Below are positions 55,119 through 64,000 of a stretch of 64,000 nt of DNA, piece by piece; the stretch's first letter is position 1; the number at the start of each line of letters is the position of its first letter. The DNA is taken from the IMG/VR virus record IMGVR_UViG_3300020171_000021, positions 2,972 through 66,971 of that record; one strand, given 5' to 3'. Origin of the DNA: a virus. Under the pieces are notes generated by a model that saw nothing but the letters and a program-made list of their open reading frames with translations, had not been told where the DNA came from and searched no databases. The position numbers and the translations under genes were made by a program.

Positions 55119-55769
55119 ATGAAGGACAGTTATCCGGTTATTCCTACATTATGTCAGTGTGGTTGTAACGAAGTTATTTGGCACAGAGGACAGAAATATT
55201 TACATGGACACAATGGTAGATTTCGTGTGTCTTGGAGTAAAGGATTAAATAAATATAATCATCCTTCTATATTAAAAATGTCATTAACTTTAAAGAAAAA
55301 CGGAATAGTACCACCATCAAGAAAAGGAAAACCATCGCCAAGAAAAGGAAAATATTTAACTGAGGAACATAAAAAAATTATGAAAGAAGTAAATATTGGT
55401 AATAAAAATGCTCTTGGCCATACTCCAGCAAGAAATTTCAAAGAGAAAAATGGGAACTGGCAAGGTGGGTTGTCATTTCTTCCATATTGTGAAAAATGGA
55501 CGAAGGAATTAAGAGAAGCAGTAAGAGAACGAGACGGATATATTTGTCAACTATGTGGTAAAAAACAAAAAGAATTAACTGGACGATTTAAGAAATTATC
55601 AGTTCACCATGTGCACTATGATAAAGAAAACTGTTATCCAGACTTGATTATATTGTGTAATTTTGATAATAGCAACGTCAATTTCAATCGCAAACATTAT
55701 GAGGAATTATTTATGAATAAGTTGAATGATAGAGGATTGTTATTCTGGACTAAGGAGAAACTATTATGA
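55119..55769 (+). CDS. HNH homing endonuclease, paralog of 16651
   Basis: CQCGC; ERDGYICQLCG...VHHVHY; shared end LFMNKLNDRxLLFWTK. Confidence 0.85.
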   Translation: MKDSYPVIPTLCQCGCNEVIWHRGQKYLHGHNGRFRVSWSKGLNKYNHPSILKMSLTLKKNGIVPPSRKGKPSPRKGKYLTEEHKKIMKEVNIGNKNALGHTPARNFKEKNGNWQGGLSFLPYCEKWTKELREAVRERDGYICQLCGKKQKELTGRFKKLSVHHVHYDKENCYPDLIILCNFDNSNVNFNRKHYEELFMNKLNDRGLLFWTKEKLL

Positions 55770-56944
55770 AAATATTATGGTATGGGAACAGCGTCTGGAC
55801 GAATTCGGGCTATGGTAGATGTGCTAAATATATTACTTATGGATTAGCGCGAGCGGGACATCAAGTCGGAATTCAAAGTAATTTTGGGCTACTTGGAGGA
55901 ATCGTTAATGATGGATTAGTTACCCATTATCCTCAAGGGGGCGGTTTTTCTGAAGGCGAACTGTTTTCAAATTATGTTGCTGATAAGTTTGACATGATTT
56001 GTGTGCAATATGACCTGTGGGCTTTGGATTCAGTTCCAGACCGCATACGGCAAACCAATGCAGTATTCTGTCCATACACTCCACTTGACCATGAATTTAT
56101 TACACCAAGATTAAAACCAAAGTTGGATGCATCGTTTGAAATAATTGCAATGTGCGATTACGGCGAAAAATTACTCCGGGCAGATGGATACAAAAATGTT
56201 CGAACAATTTACCATGGAGTAGATACTGAATTTTATAAGCCATCTGAAAAACCAAAAGAGCAGTGTAAGCAATTGATTGGCTTCAGCGGAAAAGACTTTG
56301 TAATCGGCATGGTAGCAATGAATCGCACAGGAAGAAAAGATATTCCAAGACAGCTTGAAGCAATCGCCACATTCAAAAATAATCATCCAGAACTTTCAAC
56401 CAAAGTTTATCTCCATACAAATCTGTTTCAGCCGGATGGTGACAGATTAAAAGAAATCATTGATTACCTCGGATTAGGAGATTGTGTTCGAACACCAGCA
56501 GACCGCGAATATTCATTAGGATATACTGACGTAGAAATGTCCACCGTCTATAACGGTTGTGATGTAATGTTGCAGGCATCTCAATCAGAAGGATTTGGAA
56601 TGCCAATTGTAGAAGCGATGGCATGTGGTACTCCGGTTATTACTTCTGATACCACAGCAATGACTGAAATGATTAAACCAGTAACACCAGAATTCTTAGT
56701 TCAACCACTGGATACAACATGGATTGGTTCAATACCGGCTAAAGTTGCTATCATGGATAGAAAAAGCATGGTAGAAAAACTTGAACTTGCCGCATCCACA
56801 GATTTATTAAGTATGAGTGACAAATTATCTTTATACGCCCATAAAAAATATGACTGGAATAAAATAATCCCGCAGTGGATTAAATTAGTTGAAGATGTTG
56901 GAAAGAGAATTGAGGACGAATGTATTAAAGTTCCTGATGTTTAA
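55766..56944 (+). CDS. GT4 glycosyltransferase
   Basis: IYHGVD, RKDIP and SEGFGMPIVEAMACG. Confidence 0.93.
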   Translation: MKILWYGNSVWTNSGYGRCAKYITYGLARAGHQVGIQSNFGLLGGIVNDGLVTHYPQGGGFSEGELFSNYVADKFDMICVQYDLWALDSVPDRIRQTNAVFCPYTPLDHEFITPRLKPKLDASFEIIAMCDYGEKLLRADGYKNVRTIYHGVDTEFYKPSEKPKEQCKQLIGFSGKDFVIGMVAMNRTGRKDIPRQLEAIATFKNNHPELSTKVYLHTNLFQPDGDRLKEIIDYLGLGDCVRTPADREYSLGYTDVEMSTVYNGCDVMLQASQSEGFGMPIVEAMACGTPVITSDTTAMTEMIKPVTPEFLVQPLDTTWIGSIPAKVAIMDRKSMVEKLELAASTDLLSMSDKLSLYAHKKYDWNKIIPQWIKLVEDVGKRIEDECIKVPDV

Positions 56945-56967
56945 AATAATAGGTTTGGAGGAAAATA

Positions 56968-57213
56968 ATGTCAAAAGAAGATAACGCAAGAGCACATCAA
57001 ATCGTGGCTCGTTGGATTCGATTACTTGATGAAGAAAGAGAACGTCTAAAAAATATTTTTGATGAAGAAAAACCCAGAATAGACGAACTTATTGGGCTAG
57101 TTGGAGAAGTTCGTGCAATTGATATATGCCGTCAGGCAGCACTTGATAATGGATTCGACACATATAAACATAAAGTAGATTGGTTTTATGTTGATGCTCC
57201 GGCGTGGAAATAA
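56968..57213 (+). CDS. Hypothetical protein
   Basis: GGAGG RBS. Confidence 0.65.
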   Translation: MSKEDNARAHQIVARWIRLLDEERERLKNIFDEEKPRIDELIGLVGEVRAIDICRQAALDNGFDTYKHKVDWFYVDAPAWK

Positions 57214-57259
57214 ATATGAAAATATTATTTTTACAAAACTATAATTTTGAGCTATAATT

Positions 57260-57913
57260 ATGCCAAAAGGAAGCCCTGGTGTTAAAAAAACAATTACTCA
57301 TAATCAGATAAATTCTGCATCTCAGTTGCTGAGAAATAGATTTATAGAACAACATGGAGTTTTTCCTCCAATATTTGATTTATGTCATTGTCTTGAGATT
57401 AATTGTAATGAAATAGTATGGGGCGGTAAACAATATTTGCATGGACATAATCAAAGACATAAATATAGTTGGAATAAAGGATTAACAAAAGAAACAGATA
57501 AACGCATTAAAGAAATATCTATACGTGCAAAAGGTCATGGAATGAAGTATGTGCGTAATGGTATAAATAAACAAGAAGAAAAGATATTGCAATTTCTTGA
57601 ACAGATTGATGCAAATTGGAAATATGTTGGTGACGGAAAATTTTGGGTTGTACGAAAAAATCCAGACTTTATAAATCGAAAAACAAACCAAATAGTAGAA
57701 TATTTTGGAGACTATTGGCACTATAATAAAGGACATGACGAAAGATGGCAAGAAGAAATATTGCGTCAAGCACACTTTGCAAAGTATGGATATAGGTGTA
57801 TTATTGTCAATTCTCAAATATTTAAGTTAAATGACCCAATAGATTATCTGTCTGAAAAGTTATTAAAAGAACAAGAACAATTTTGTATTGAAATATTGGA
57901 GGACTTATGTTGA
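57260..57913 (+). CDS. Vsr/DUF559-like PD-(D/E)xK endonuclease (homing-endonuclease-like)
   Basis: WNKGLTKETD module; PDF...IVEYFGDYWH. Confidence 0.8.
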   Translation: MPKGSPGVKKTITHNQINSASQLLRNRFIEQHGVFPPIFDLCHCLEINCNEIVWGGKQYLHGHNQRHKYSWNKGLTKETDKRIKEISIRAKGHGMKYVRNGINKQEEKILQFLEQIDANWKYVGDGKFWVVRKNPDFINRKTNQIVEYFGDYWHYNKGHDERWQEEILRQAHFAKYGYRCIIVNSQIFKLNDPIDYLSEKLLKEQEQFCIEILEDLC

Positions 57914-58812
57914 ATATTTTATGGTTACAAGACTATAATTTTTTGTTAGAATCTGGTGGTGGAGCTGAAATAAGTGACAGCATAATTTTTGCGTATGGTT
58001 TAACACAATTGGGGCATCATATCGAATTAATGACACCAAAGAATATACAGACAGAAAATATCGAATCATATGACATTGTTGTTGTTAGTAATGTCACACA
58101 ATTTAATAAAAATATATTATTTAATATCATGTCACGTGCAAAACAAGTAGTATTTTATGCGCATGATTATTTTGACCACTGTAAGTGGAGACTTTATAAA
58201 AACAATCGTGAGACCTGTAGAACTACCTGCCCGAGATTAAGAGATTTTGGTAGAGAATTTTGGAGTTATGTTGATAAAGCAGTATGGCTGTCATCAAAAC
58301 ATAGAGAATCATATCTATTTTCTATGCCAGAGTTAGTAGAAATTCCGTATATTTTGATGCCATCACCGATTGATATATGGGAAATTGATGAAATTAAAGA
58401 AGAAATTAAACGAATCCCTAATACTGTGATTGGTGGAAATGTTTTGCCATTTAAAGGTGCAAAAGAAATTCTTAAATACTGTCGTTCTCATCAGGAATAT
58501 ACTTTCAATTTCATTGGAGCAGAGCCAGAAAACATTAGTGAATTTCCTTCAAATGTAAATTTTATTGGAAGAGTAAATCATAAAGATGTTTATAGATTAA
58601 TGAAGTCACACGAATTTGCAATCGAATTACCAGCGACTATTCAGCCTTACGAAAGGTTTGTTAGTGAAAGCGTATTGTGTGGATGTAAAATAATAGGAAA
58701 TGATAATATTGGCGCAATGTCATATTCATGGTTTGATGATTACAATGAACACAAAAAACAGGTTTCAACATCACCGAAACTTTTTTGGAAATTCATCGAG
58801 AGTTTATTATGA
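57907..58812 (+). CDS. GT-B glycosyltransferase
   Basis: GGGAE, KG and QPYERFVSESVLCGC. Confidence 0.8.
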   Translation: MLNILWLQDYNFLLESGGGAEISDSIIFAYGLTQLGHHIELMTPKNIQTENIESYDIVVVSNVTQFNKNILFNIMSRAKQVVFYAHDYFDHCKWRLYKNNRETCRTTCPRLRDFGREFWSYVDKAVWLSSKHRESYLFSMPELVEIPYILMPSPIDIWEIDEIKEEIKRIPNTVIGGNVLPFKGAKEILKYCRSHQEYTFNFIGAEPENISEFPSNVNFIGRVNHKDVYRLMKSHEFAIELPATIQPYERFVSESVLCGCKIIGNDNIGAMSYSWFDDYNEHKKQVSTSPKLFWKFIESLL

Positions 58813-59864
58813 GAATAGCAATAACCGGACACAGTCTGGTGCATCCCCGCCAATATAAGTTGGCAGATACACTCGGAAAAACAGAGGATGTAATAAATAT
58901 TTGCCCCAGTCAGTGGGGAAACGAATTTGCTCCTAAAAATGCAATTGGCATTCCGCCACAATTTTTAGACCCACGGCACCCAAATATGATGCAATATTTC
59001 CTTGGACAAAATATGTTTACGGAGGCTTTTAAATTTACTTTGCCTGAACTTATTTATTGCCAGGAAGAAACTTTTTCTCTTTATGCCAAACAATGCGCAG
59101 TTATGGCAGAAGCGATAAACTGCAAGCTGGTATATTTCAATTGGGAGAATAAGGTTACTGATTTACCAGCCCAAATGCAAGAAATAGAAAAAGAAAATCT
59201 AGAAGCAGCAGACTTGGTAATATGTGGAAACCCAGAAGCTGAACTTAGAATACGTGGCTTAAATCCAGAGGTAAAAACGAAAGTGATTCCGCAAACAGGA
59301 GTCGACACAGAGTTATTTGCGCCGATGCCAGAAATAGAGAAACCATATCATATTGGGTATATCGGAAGATATGTTCCTGAGAAGGTAAATATTTTTCATA
59401 AATTTGTACAAGAGCACATGCATTTAAAAGCATTATCAGTAGGCGGGAGAGGCGATGGGCTGCCAATTTCAGTCAATCTTACAATACAACCGTGGATTGA
59501 ATACGAACATTTGCCCGAATGGTATAACATGATACGAGTTTTCATGCATCTGCCGCACTCACAAATTAATGGCTTCAAAGAACAATTTGTTTATACCATT
59601 GGAGAAGCACTTGCATGCGGACTGCCAGTGATTTGTTCTGATAATGGTTCATTGTTATCAATTTATGGTACAGCACCAAATGTTTTCTTTGTTGAAGAAG
59701 GAGAACAAGGACTAATACAAGCTGATTATTATGTGAACAACATAATTGACTATACATATGGTAATTTAAAATCCTATCCAAAAGAAGGCAGATGCTGGGT
59801 CGAAAATAACATATCATTACAGTCAATTGCAAATAAACTTATAACAACATTTAACGAATTATAG
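58809..59864 (+). CDS. GT4 glycosyltransferase
   Basis: GVDTELF, YIGRYVPEK and EQF...EALACGLPV. Confidence 0.9.
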   Translation: MRIAITGHSLVHPRQYKLADTLGKTEDVINICPSQWGNEFAPKNAIGIPPQFLDPRHPNMMQYFLGQNMFTEAFKFTLPELIYCQEETFSLYAKQCAVMAEAINCKLVYFNWENKVTDLPAQMQEIEKENLEAADLVICGNPEAELRIRGLNPEVKTKVIPQTGVDTELFAPMPEIEKPYHIGYIGRYVPEKVNIFHKFVQEHMHLKALSVGGRGDGLPISVNLTIQPWIEYEHLPEWYNMIRVFMHLPHSQINGFKEQFVYTIGEALACGLPVICSDNGSLLSIYGTAPNVFFVEEGEQGLIQADYYVNNIIDYTYGNLKSYPKEGRCWVENNISLQSIANKLITTFNEL

Positions 59865-59872
59865 GAAATAAT

Positions 59873-60607
59873 ATGACGTTATGCGCATGTGGTTGTGGTG
59901 AGCAAATTATTCAAAAAGTATATCACTGCAATCGTCCTGTAAAATATCTCCGTGGACATCACATGCGAGTGAAACATCATCGTAAAGGAAAGAAAAAATC
60001 TATAGAAACCATAGAAAAATTTAAACAGACACGACGATTAAATATAAAAGTGGCACCACTTTGGTTATGCGAATGCGGATGTAATGAAATTACGTTTGGT
60101 GGCAAAAGATTTATTTGTGGGCATGATAGAAGGAATATTCCACAATCAAATGCAGCAAAGAGAAAACTTTCAATTGCAAATACAGGACAACACATTCATT
60201 CTGAAAAACAAAAAAAAATATGGTCTAAGCAACGAAAAGGAACACGGTGTGGTAAAAATAATCCAAGATATGGAAAAATTGCTGCAAATGGTGCAGGTCG
60301 CGGAAAACGTTCCTATTATATTTCACCGCTTCAAGGACAAGTCTGTTTTCGTTCTTCATATGAACTCGCATACGCCAAATATCTTGATTCAATCCATGAG
60401 TTATGGATGTACGAGATGGAAACATTTGATTTAGGAAACACAACATATACTCCCGATTTCTTCTTACCACGAAGAGAGCTGTTTATCGAAATCAAAGGAT
60501 ACATGAGCGAAAAATCTCAACAAAAGATTAATAAGTTTAATGAACAATATACATTTAATCTGGAAATTATCGGATTAAAAGAATTAAAATTATTAGGAGT
60601 AAAATGA
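59873..60607 (+). CDS. Homing-endonuclease-like: two CxCGC, NUMOD3 and PD-(D/E)xK; paralog of 33425
   Basis: SPLQGQVCFRSSYELAYAKYLD...YTPDFF...EIKG is nearly identical to 33425. Confidence 0.82.
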   Translation: MTLCACGCGEQIIQKVYHCNRPVKYLRGHHMRVKHHRKGKKKSIETIEKFKQTRRLNIKVAPLWLCECGCNEITFGGKRFICGHDRRNIPQSNAAKRKLSIANTGQHIHSEKQKKIWSKQRKGTRCGKNNPRYGKIAANGAGRGKRSYYISPLQGQVCFRSSYELAYAKYLDSIHELWMYEMETFDLGNTTYTPDFFLPRRELFIEIKGYMSEKSQQKINKFNEQYTFNLEIIGLKELKLLGVK

Positions 60608-60755
60608 ATAATATTATCAAAGGTGCATTATTCTTATGCGGCATTGATATTCTATTCAATGAAGGCCGTGTAACAAGAGAGGTTATTACCTTCTTTAAAA
60701 TAAGAGCTAAAAAATTAAAAATAGAAACACCATCAGAAGAAGAACTCGTAGATTT

Positions 60756-61007
60756 ATGTTTCGGGTGTTAAAAATGGAATCAATACGAAAAGCGTTTTGT
60801 GCATTACTAAAGAAAAGATATCCAATAAATGTATTGCCATGTTACATTGGAGATATTCGGTGCCATATGAAACAGTGTAAAGTAAGAATGGCAAACAGTG
60901 TAGAAATAGGACAAATGGAACTTTTGCGTTCGCAAGATTTGGAAACAGAATTAAAACAGATTGAACTTGAAGTAGCAGCGGAGCAAGCAAAGAAAGTAAC
61001 AGTATGA
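60756..61007 (+). CDS. Hypothetical protein
   Basis: ORF in operon orientation. Confidence 0.5.
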   Translation: MFRVLKMESIRKAFCALLKKRYPINVLPCYIGDIRCHMKQCKVRMANSVEIGQMELLRSQDLETELKQIELEVAAEQAKKVTV

Positions 61008-61465
61008 ATCTAAATATCGGTTGCGGTAACCAGAGATATAAAAATCTTTTAGGTGTTGATGTAAGAAAAACACCAGCGGTAGATGTTCAAGCAGATATAA
61101 GAATTCTTCCGTTTAAAGATAATTCTATTGATAATATTGCGGCTGAGGATATTGCCGAACATTTTAGGAGACAAGAATTTCCTGACGTGGTTAAAGAGTG
61201 GCATCGGGTTTTAAAAAGTAATGGTGTTTTAAGAATCAAGACGCCTTACTTCAGTTTTCTTGTTCAACTATTTACTTTAGGAAAAATTCCACAAGTAGAA
61301 GCAGCAAGAAAACTTTATGGTAATCAAGATTATCCAGAGAATACCCATTATACATGCTATGACCCAGCAGAACTTGGGGTGGTATTAAAAGACGCAGGAT
61401 TTCAAATCGCAAATTTATTCAAAACAGATAACACAAATTTTATAATGGACGGTATCAAATTATGA
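61004..61465 (+). CDS. Class I SAM methyltransferase (type 11)
   Basis: LNIGCG, LPFKDNS, EH and WHRVLK. Confidence 0.9.
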   Translation: MNLNIGCGNQRYKNLLGVDVRKTPAVDVQADIRILPFKDNSIDNIAAEDIAEHFRRQEFPDVVKEWHRVLKSNGVLRIKTPYFSFLVQLFTLGKIPQVEAARKLYGNQDYPENTHYTCYDPAELGVVLKDAGFQIANLFKTDNTNFIMDGIKL

Positions 61466-62319
61466 AAATATGTTTAGCAGCACCATTAAATCGTGGTGCA
61501 TTTGGGGTAAGTGTTCTTTTAAAATTACAAAAAATGAGGCATCAAGTCATTCCATTTGATTATCGGGCATGCATTCAAGATGTTGGTCAAGCAGAGATGA
61601 ATAAGTTTTTTGTTCAGGCTCAAGATAAGTGCGATTTAACATTGGTAATAAAAGGAGAATCTATTGACCCAGCAACATTAAAACATCCTGCAGCTATATG
61701 GTTTACAGATGACCCTGCAAGATATCCGTGGGCGGATAAACTTGGTGAGGCGTATGATGTTAAATATGCAGTGCGTCCATCAAACGTTTTTAAATATCTT
61801 CCAATTGGAGTAGATATGGACGTTCATAAACCAGTTGCGGCTAACCCAATACATTTAGTTGGATTTGCGGGAACAGGACGGCCAGAACGAACTGAACTTA
61901 TAAGACATCTCTGGGAGAAATATCAGATTCAAATTTATGGAAATTCATGGAATCCTGCTGCACCTTATTTTAAAGGCAAAGCTATCTATAACAAAGACTT
62001 AAACCAGTTCTATTCATCATTATCCTTTGTTTTTAACGTGAGTTCGTTTGGTGAGCTTAATTCTCGGATACTCGAAACCATGTCAATTGGTTGCAGTGTA
62101 TTATTAACCAATTACAGCAAAGAAGTTGGAAGTTATTTCCGGCATGGTCAACATCTCTTTTTCTATAATGACATAGAAGAACTTGATGAAATTCTATCTA
62201 ATATACCAACTGAAGCAAAACTATCTGCGATGAGACTTCGAGCACGTGAGGCAGTAATGAACGGTCATACGATTGAAAAACGATTAGAACGAATATTTAA
62301 AGATATAGGTGAACTATGA
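61462..62319 (+). CDS. CgeB-like glycosyltransferase
   Basis: WFTDDP, FAGT, IYGNSW and NSRILE. Confidence 0.85.
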   Translation: MKICLAAPLNRGAFGVSVLLKLQKMRHQVIPFDYRACIQDVGQAEMNKFFVQAQDKCDLTLVIKGESIDPATLKHPAAIWFTDDPARYPWADKLGEAYDVKYAVRPSNVFKYLPIGVDMDVHKPVAANPIHLVGFAGTGRPERTELIRHLWEKYQIQIYGNSWNPAAPYFKGKAIYNKDLNQFYSSLSFVFNVSSFGELNSRILETMSIGCSVLLTNYSKEVGSYFRHGQHLFFYNDIEELDEILSNIPTEAKLSAMRLRAREAVMNGHTIEKRLERIFKDIGEL

Positions 62320-62451
62320 ACATATACAAATATACATTAATCAGAATCCCCCCAGAATTTATATATTATATTACGATTGGAGTTATTGTATTGTGTATTC
62401 AAAAGATTATCGGCGGATAATGATAATGATATAAAGGAATCGGTGATAATA

Positions 62452-63555
62452 GTGACAAAAGAAGGACTAACCTACAGTGCTCCATATAAACTTGGAGATT
62501 TTGGGCTTGGGAATGTTGTTTTTCAGCAGGTACTTGCTCTTTATGAAGCAGGATTACTTGAAAAATGTTATTGCGCTTCTAATGGACAAACAATAATCCC
62601 AACAAGATATATAAATGAAGTTGGACATTTTACTGGCTGTCGCCCCGACGTTCAGTCCGATAAAAGGATGGCAGTTCGCCTCATAAACACAAAAGCTCCT
62701 AAAAATTTTTTAGGATGGAGTTCAGGATATCAGCAACATACATTAAGAAAACATCGTAGAGATAAAGTAGCATTATTCAAATTTAGCGGTAGTCATCATC
62801 CAATAATTCAAAATGCAATACTAGAAAGAGAAGCAATTATCCAAGGATATAATTTTCCAAACATTCCTATTAATCAGATTGATTATACTTCATTACGGTA
62901 TGGAATAACTGAAATGAACGACCTTGACCACGTAATGGGCTGCTCCAAACAAGTTAAGGACAGTTATCTTAAAGTGGGCTATCCAGAGGATAAAGTAAGT
63001 TTTCTTTACTTAGGTGTGGACACCGATTACTTCTATTCTGAACACATTCCTGATGAAACTTTCAGAGTATTGTTTTTAGGATTCAACTGGTTTAGAAAAG
63101 GATTTTTGTATGCTGCAACCATGTTTGCAAATCTAAAACCTGGATGCAAAGATAAAGTGCATTTTACAGCAAAAACAAATATTCAACTTCAAATGCCAAA
63201 CACGACATTTATCACAGGAATTGAAGATACAATAAAACCACTTTATGATAAGGCAGATTTATTATTCTTGCCAACTATAGAAGAGGGATGCGTCCAGGTT
63301 GTTCTTGAAGCGATGGCATGTGGTGTACCTTGCTTAACAACAAAGGCAGCTGGGTCATCTGAACTGATAGAACATGGAGTAGACGGATTTGTTTATCCTG
63401 ATGCGGGCTCGTGCGCAGAAGCATTGCAATCTGTTTATGATGAACGGTATAAACTGCCGGTTATGGGTCAAATAGCTCATGATAAAATGCAGCAGCATGA
63501 CTGGAAAGATTATAGAAAACAGTTTGCAAAATGGGTAAATTCAAGATTGATATGA
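62452..63555 (+). CDS. GT4 glycosyltransferase
   Basis: LGVDTDYF, RKG and EEG...LEAMACGVP; GTG start after GGTGA. Confidence 0.9.
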   Translation: MTKEGLTYSAPYKLGDFGLGNVVFQQVLALYEAGLLEKCYCASNGQTIIPTRYINEVGHFTGCRPDVQSDKRMAVRLINTKAPKNFLGWSSGYQQHTLRKHRRDKVALFKFSGSHHPIIQNAILEREAIIQGYNFPNIPINQIDYTSLRYGITEMNDLDHVMGCSKQVKDSYLKVGYPEDKVSFLYLGVDTDYFYSEHIPDETFRVLFLGFNWFRKGFLYAATMFANLKPGCKDKVHFTAKTNIQLQMPNTTFITGIEDTIKPLYDKADLLFLPTIEEGCVQVVLEAMACGVPCLTTKAAGSSELIEHGVDGFVYPDAGSCAEALQSVYDERYKLPVMGQIAHDKMQQHDWKDYRKQFAKWVNSRLI

Positions 63556-63791
63556 CACTTAAATCGCAAATAAAAAAAACTGTTCTGTGGTTTATTCCAT
63601 CATCAAAAGAAAGATTAAAAAAAATGTCATTATACTGGGCAGAGTGGTTAATTCCATCATCAACCGCAGCATATATTATACTTCATGAATGGTACGGCTA
63701 TGATATGATTCCATCATATATTGTTGCAAGTTTATTGCCAGGTATAATTTATTATCCGTTGAATAAGTATATTTTTAAGAAAGATATTTAA
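63552..63791 (+). CDS. GtrA-like small membrane protein
   Basis: Two TM helices ending YPLNKYIFK. Confidence 0.55.
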   Translation: MTLKSQIKKTVLWFIPSSKERLKKMSLYWAEWLIPSSTAAYIILHEWYGYDMIPSYIVASLLPGIIYYPLNKYIFKKDI

Positions 63792-63933
63792 CGCCACAAT
63801 ATTTATTAAGTCTCCAGTCATATTAATCTTGAAGATAACCGACCCGCCAATTCAAATACTGACCGCAAGCAGTAAAGTGCAATTGGTTGATAGGTTCAAC
63901 GGTTATCTTCATATTAAATTTAAGAGGACAGTA

Positions 63934-64000
63934 ATGAAACATGAAGTTGTATTGGTAAATCCGCCATCACCATTCCTAAAAGACCAATTGGTTATGCCGC
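63934..64000 (+). CDS. N-terminus of a probable B12-binding radical SAM protein (truncated)
   Basis: MKHEVVLVNPPSPFLKDQLVMP, with a GAGGACAG leader. Confidence 0.5.
   Translation, partial: MKHEVVLVNPPSPFLKDQLVMP

Noticed and set aside
1-64000. Stop-codon recoding or an integrated provirus
   Set aside because: Genes are intact under the standard code. I saw no integrase, att repeat or host housekeeping flank in the window.

Overview
This AT-rich, gene-dense window is transcribed almost entirely from the + strand and is most consistent with a large archaeal virus genome. The archaeal signals are TATA-box promoters, GGAGG/GGTGA ribosome-binding sites, an archaeal-type replisome and a tRNA-Gln with a bulge-helix-bulge intron. 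The left part (0.8-27 kb) is replication and nucleotide metabolism: AEP primase, RFC-S, RFC-L, a PCNA-like clamp, XPF/ERCC4, a Sak4-like ATPase, a Cas4-like nuclease, an RNA ligase, an SF3/D5 helicase and a family B polymerase apparently split into two genes. The two polymerase halves bracket a 7-deazaguanine cluster (QueD, QueE, FolE, DpdL-like, glycosyltransferase, HD hydrolase, TGT/DpdA-like), and a HAD phosphatase, dNMP kinase and MazG follow the polymerase. The middle holds a transglutaminase-like Cys protease, three tRNAs and an A32/HerA-type ATPase. The region 36-55 kb is a morphogenesis module with no recognisable terminase, portal, HK97 or tail genes. It has candidate single-jelly-roll capsid proteins, many small membrane proteins and many proteins sharing NP(R) and GLG motifs. 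The right end is a glycosyltransferase/methyltransferase cluster. Seven free-standing homing-endonuclease-like genes are scattered through the window. All calls come from motif recognition by eye; no database search was run.
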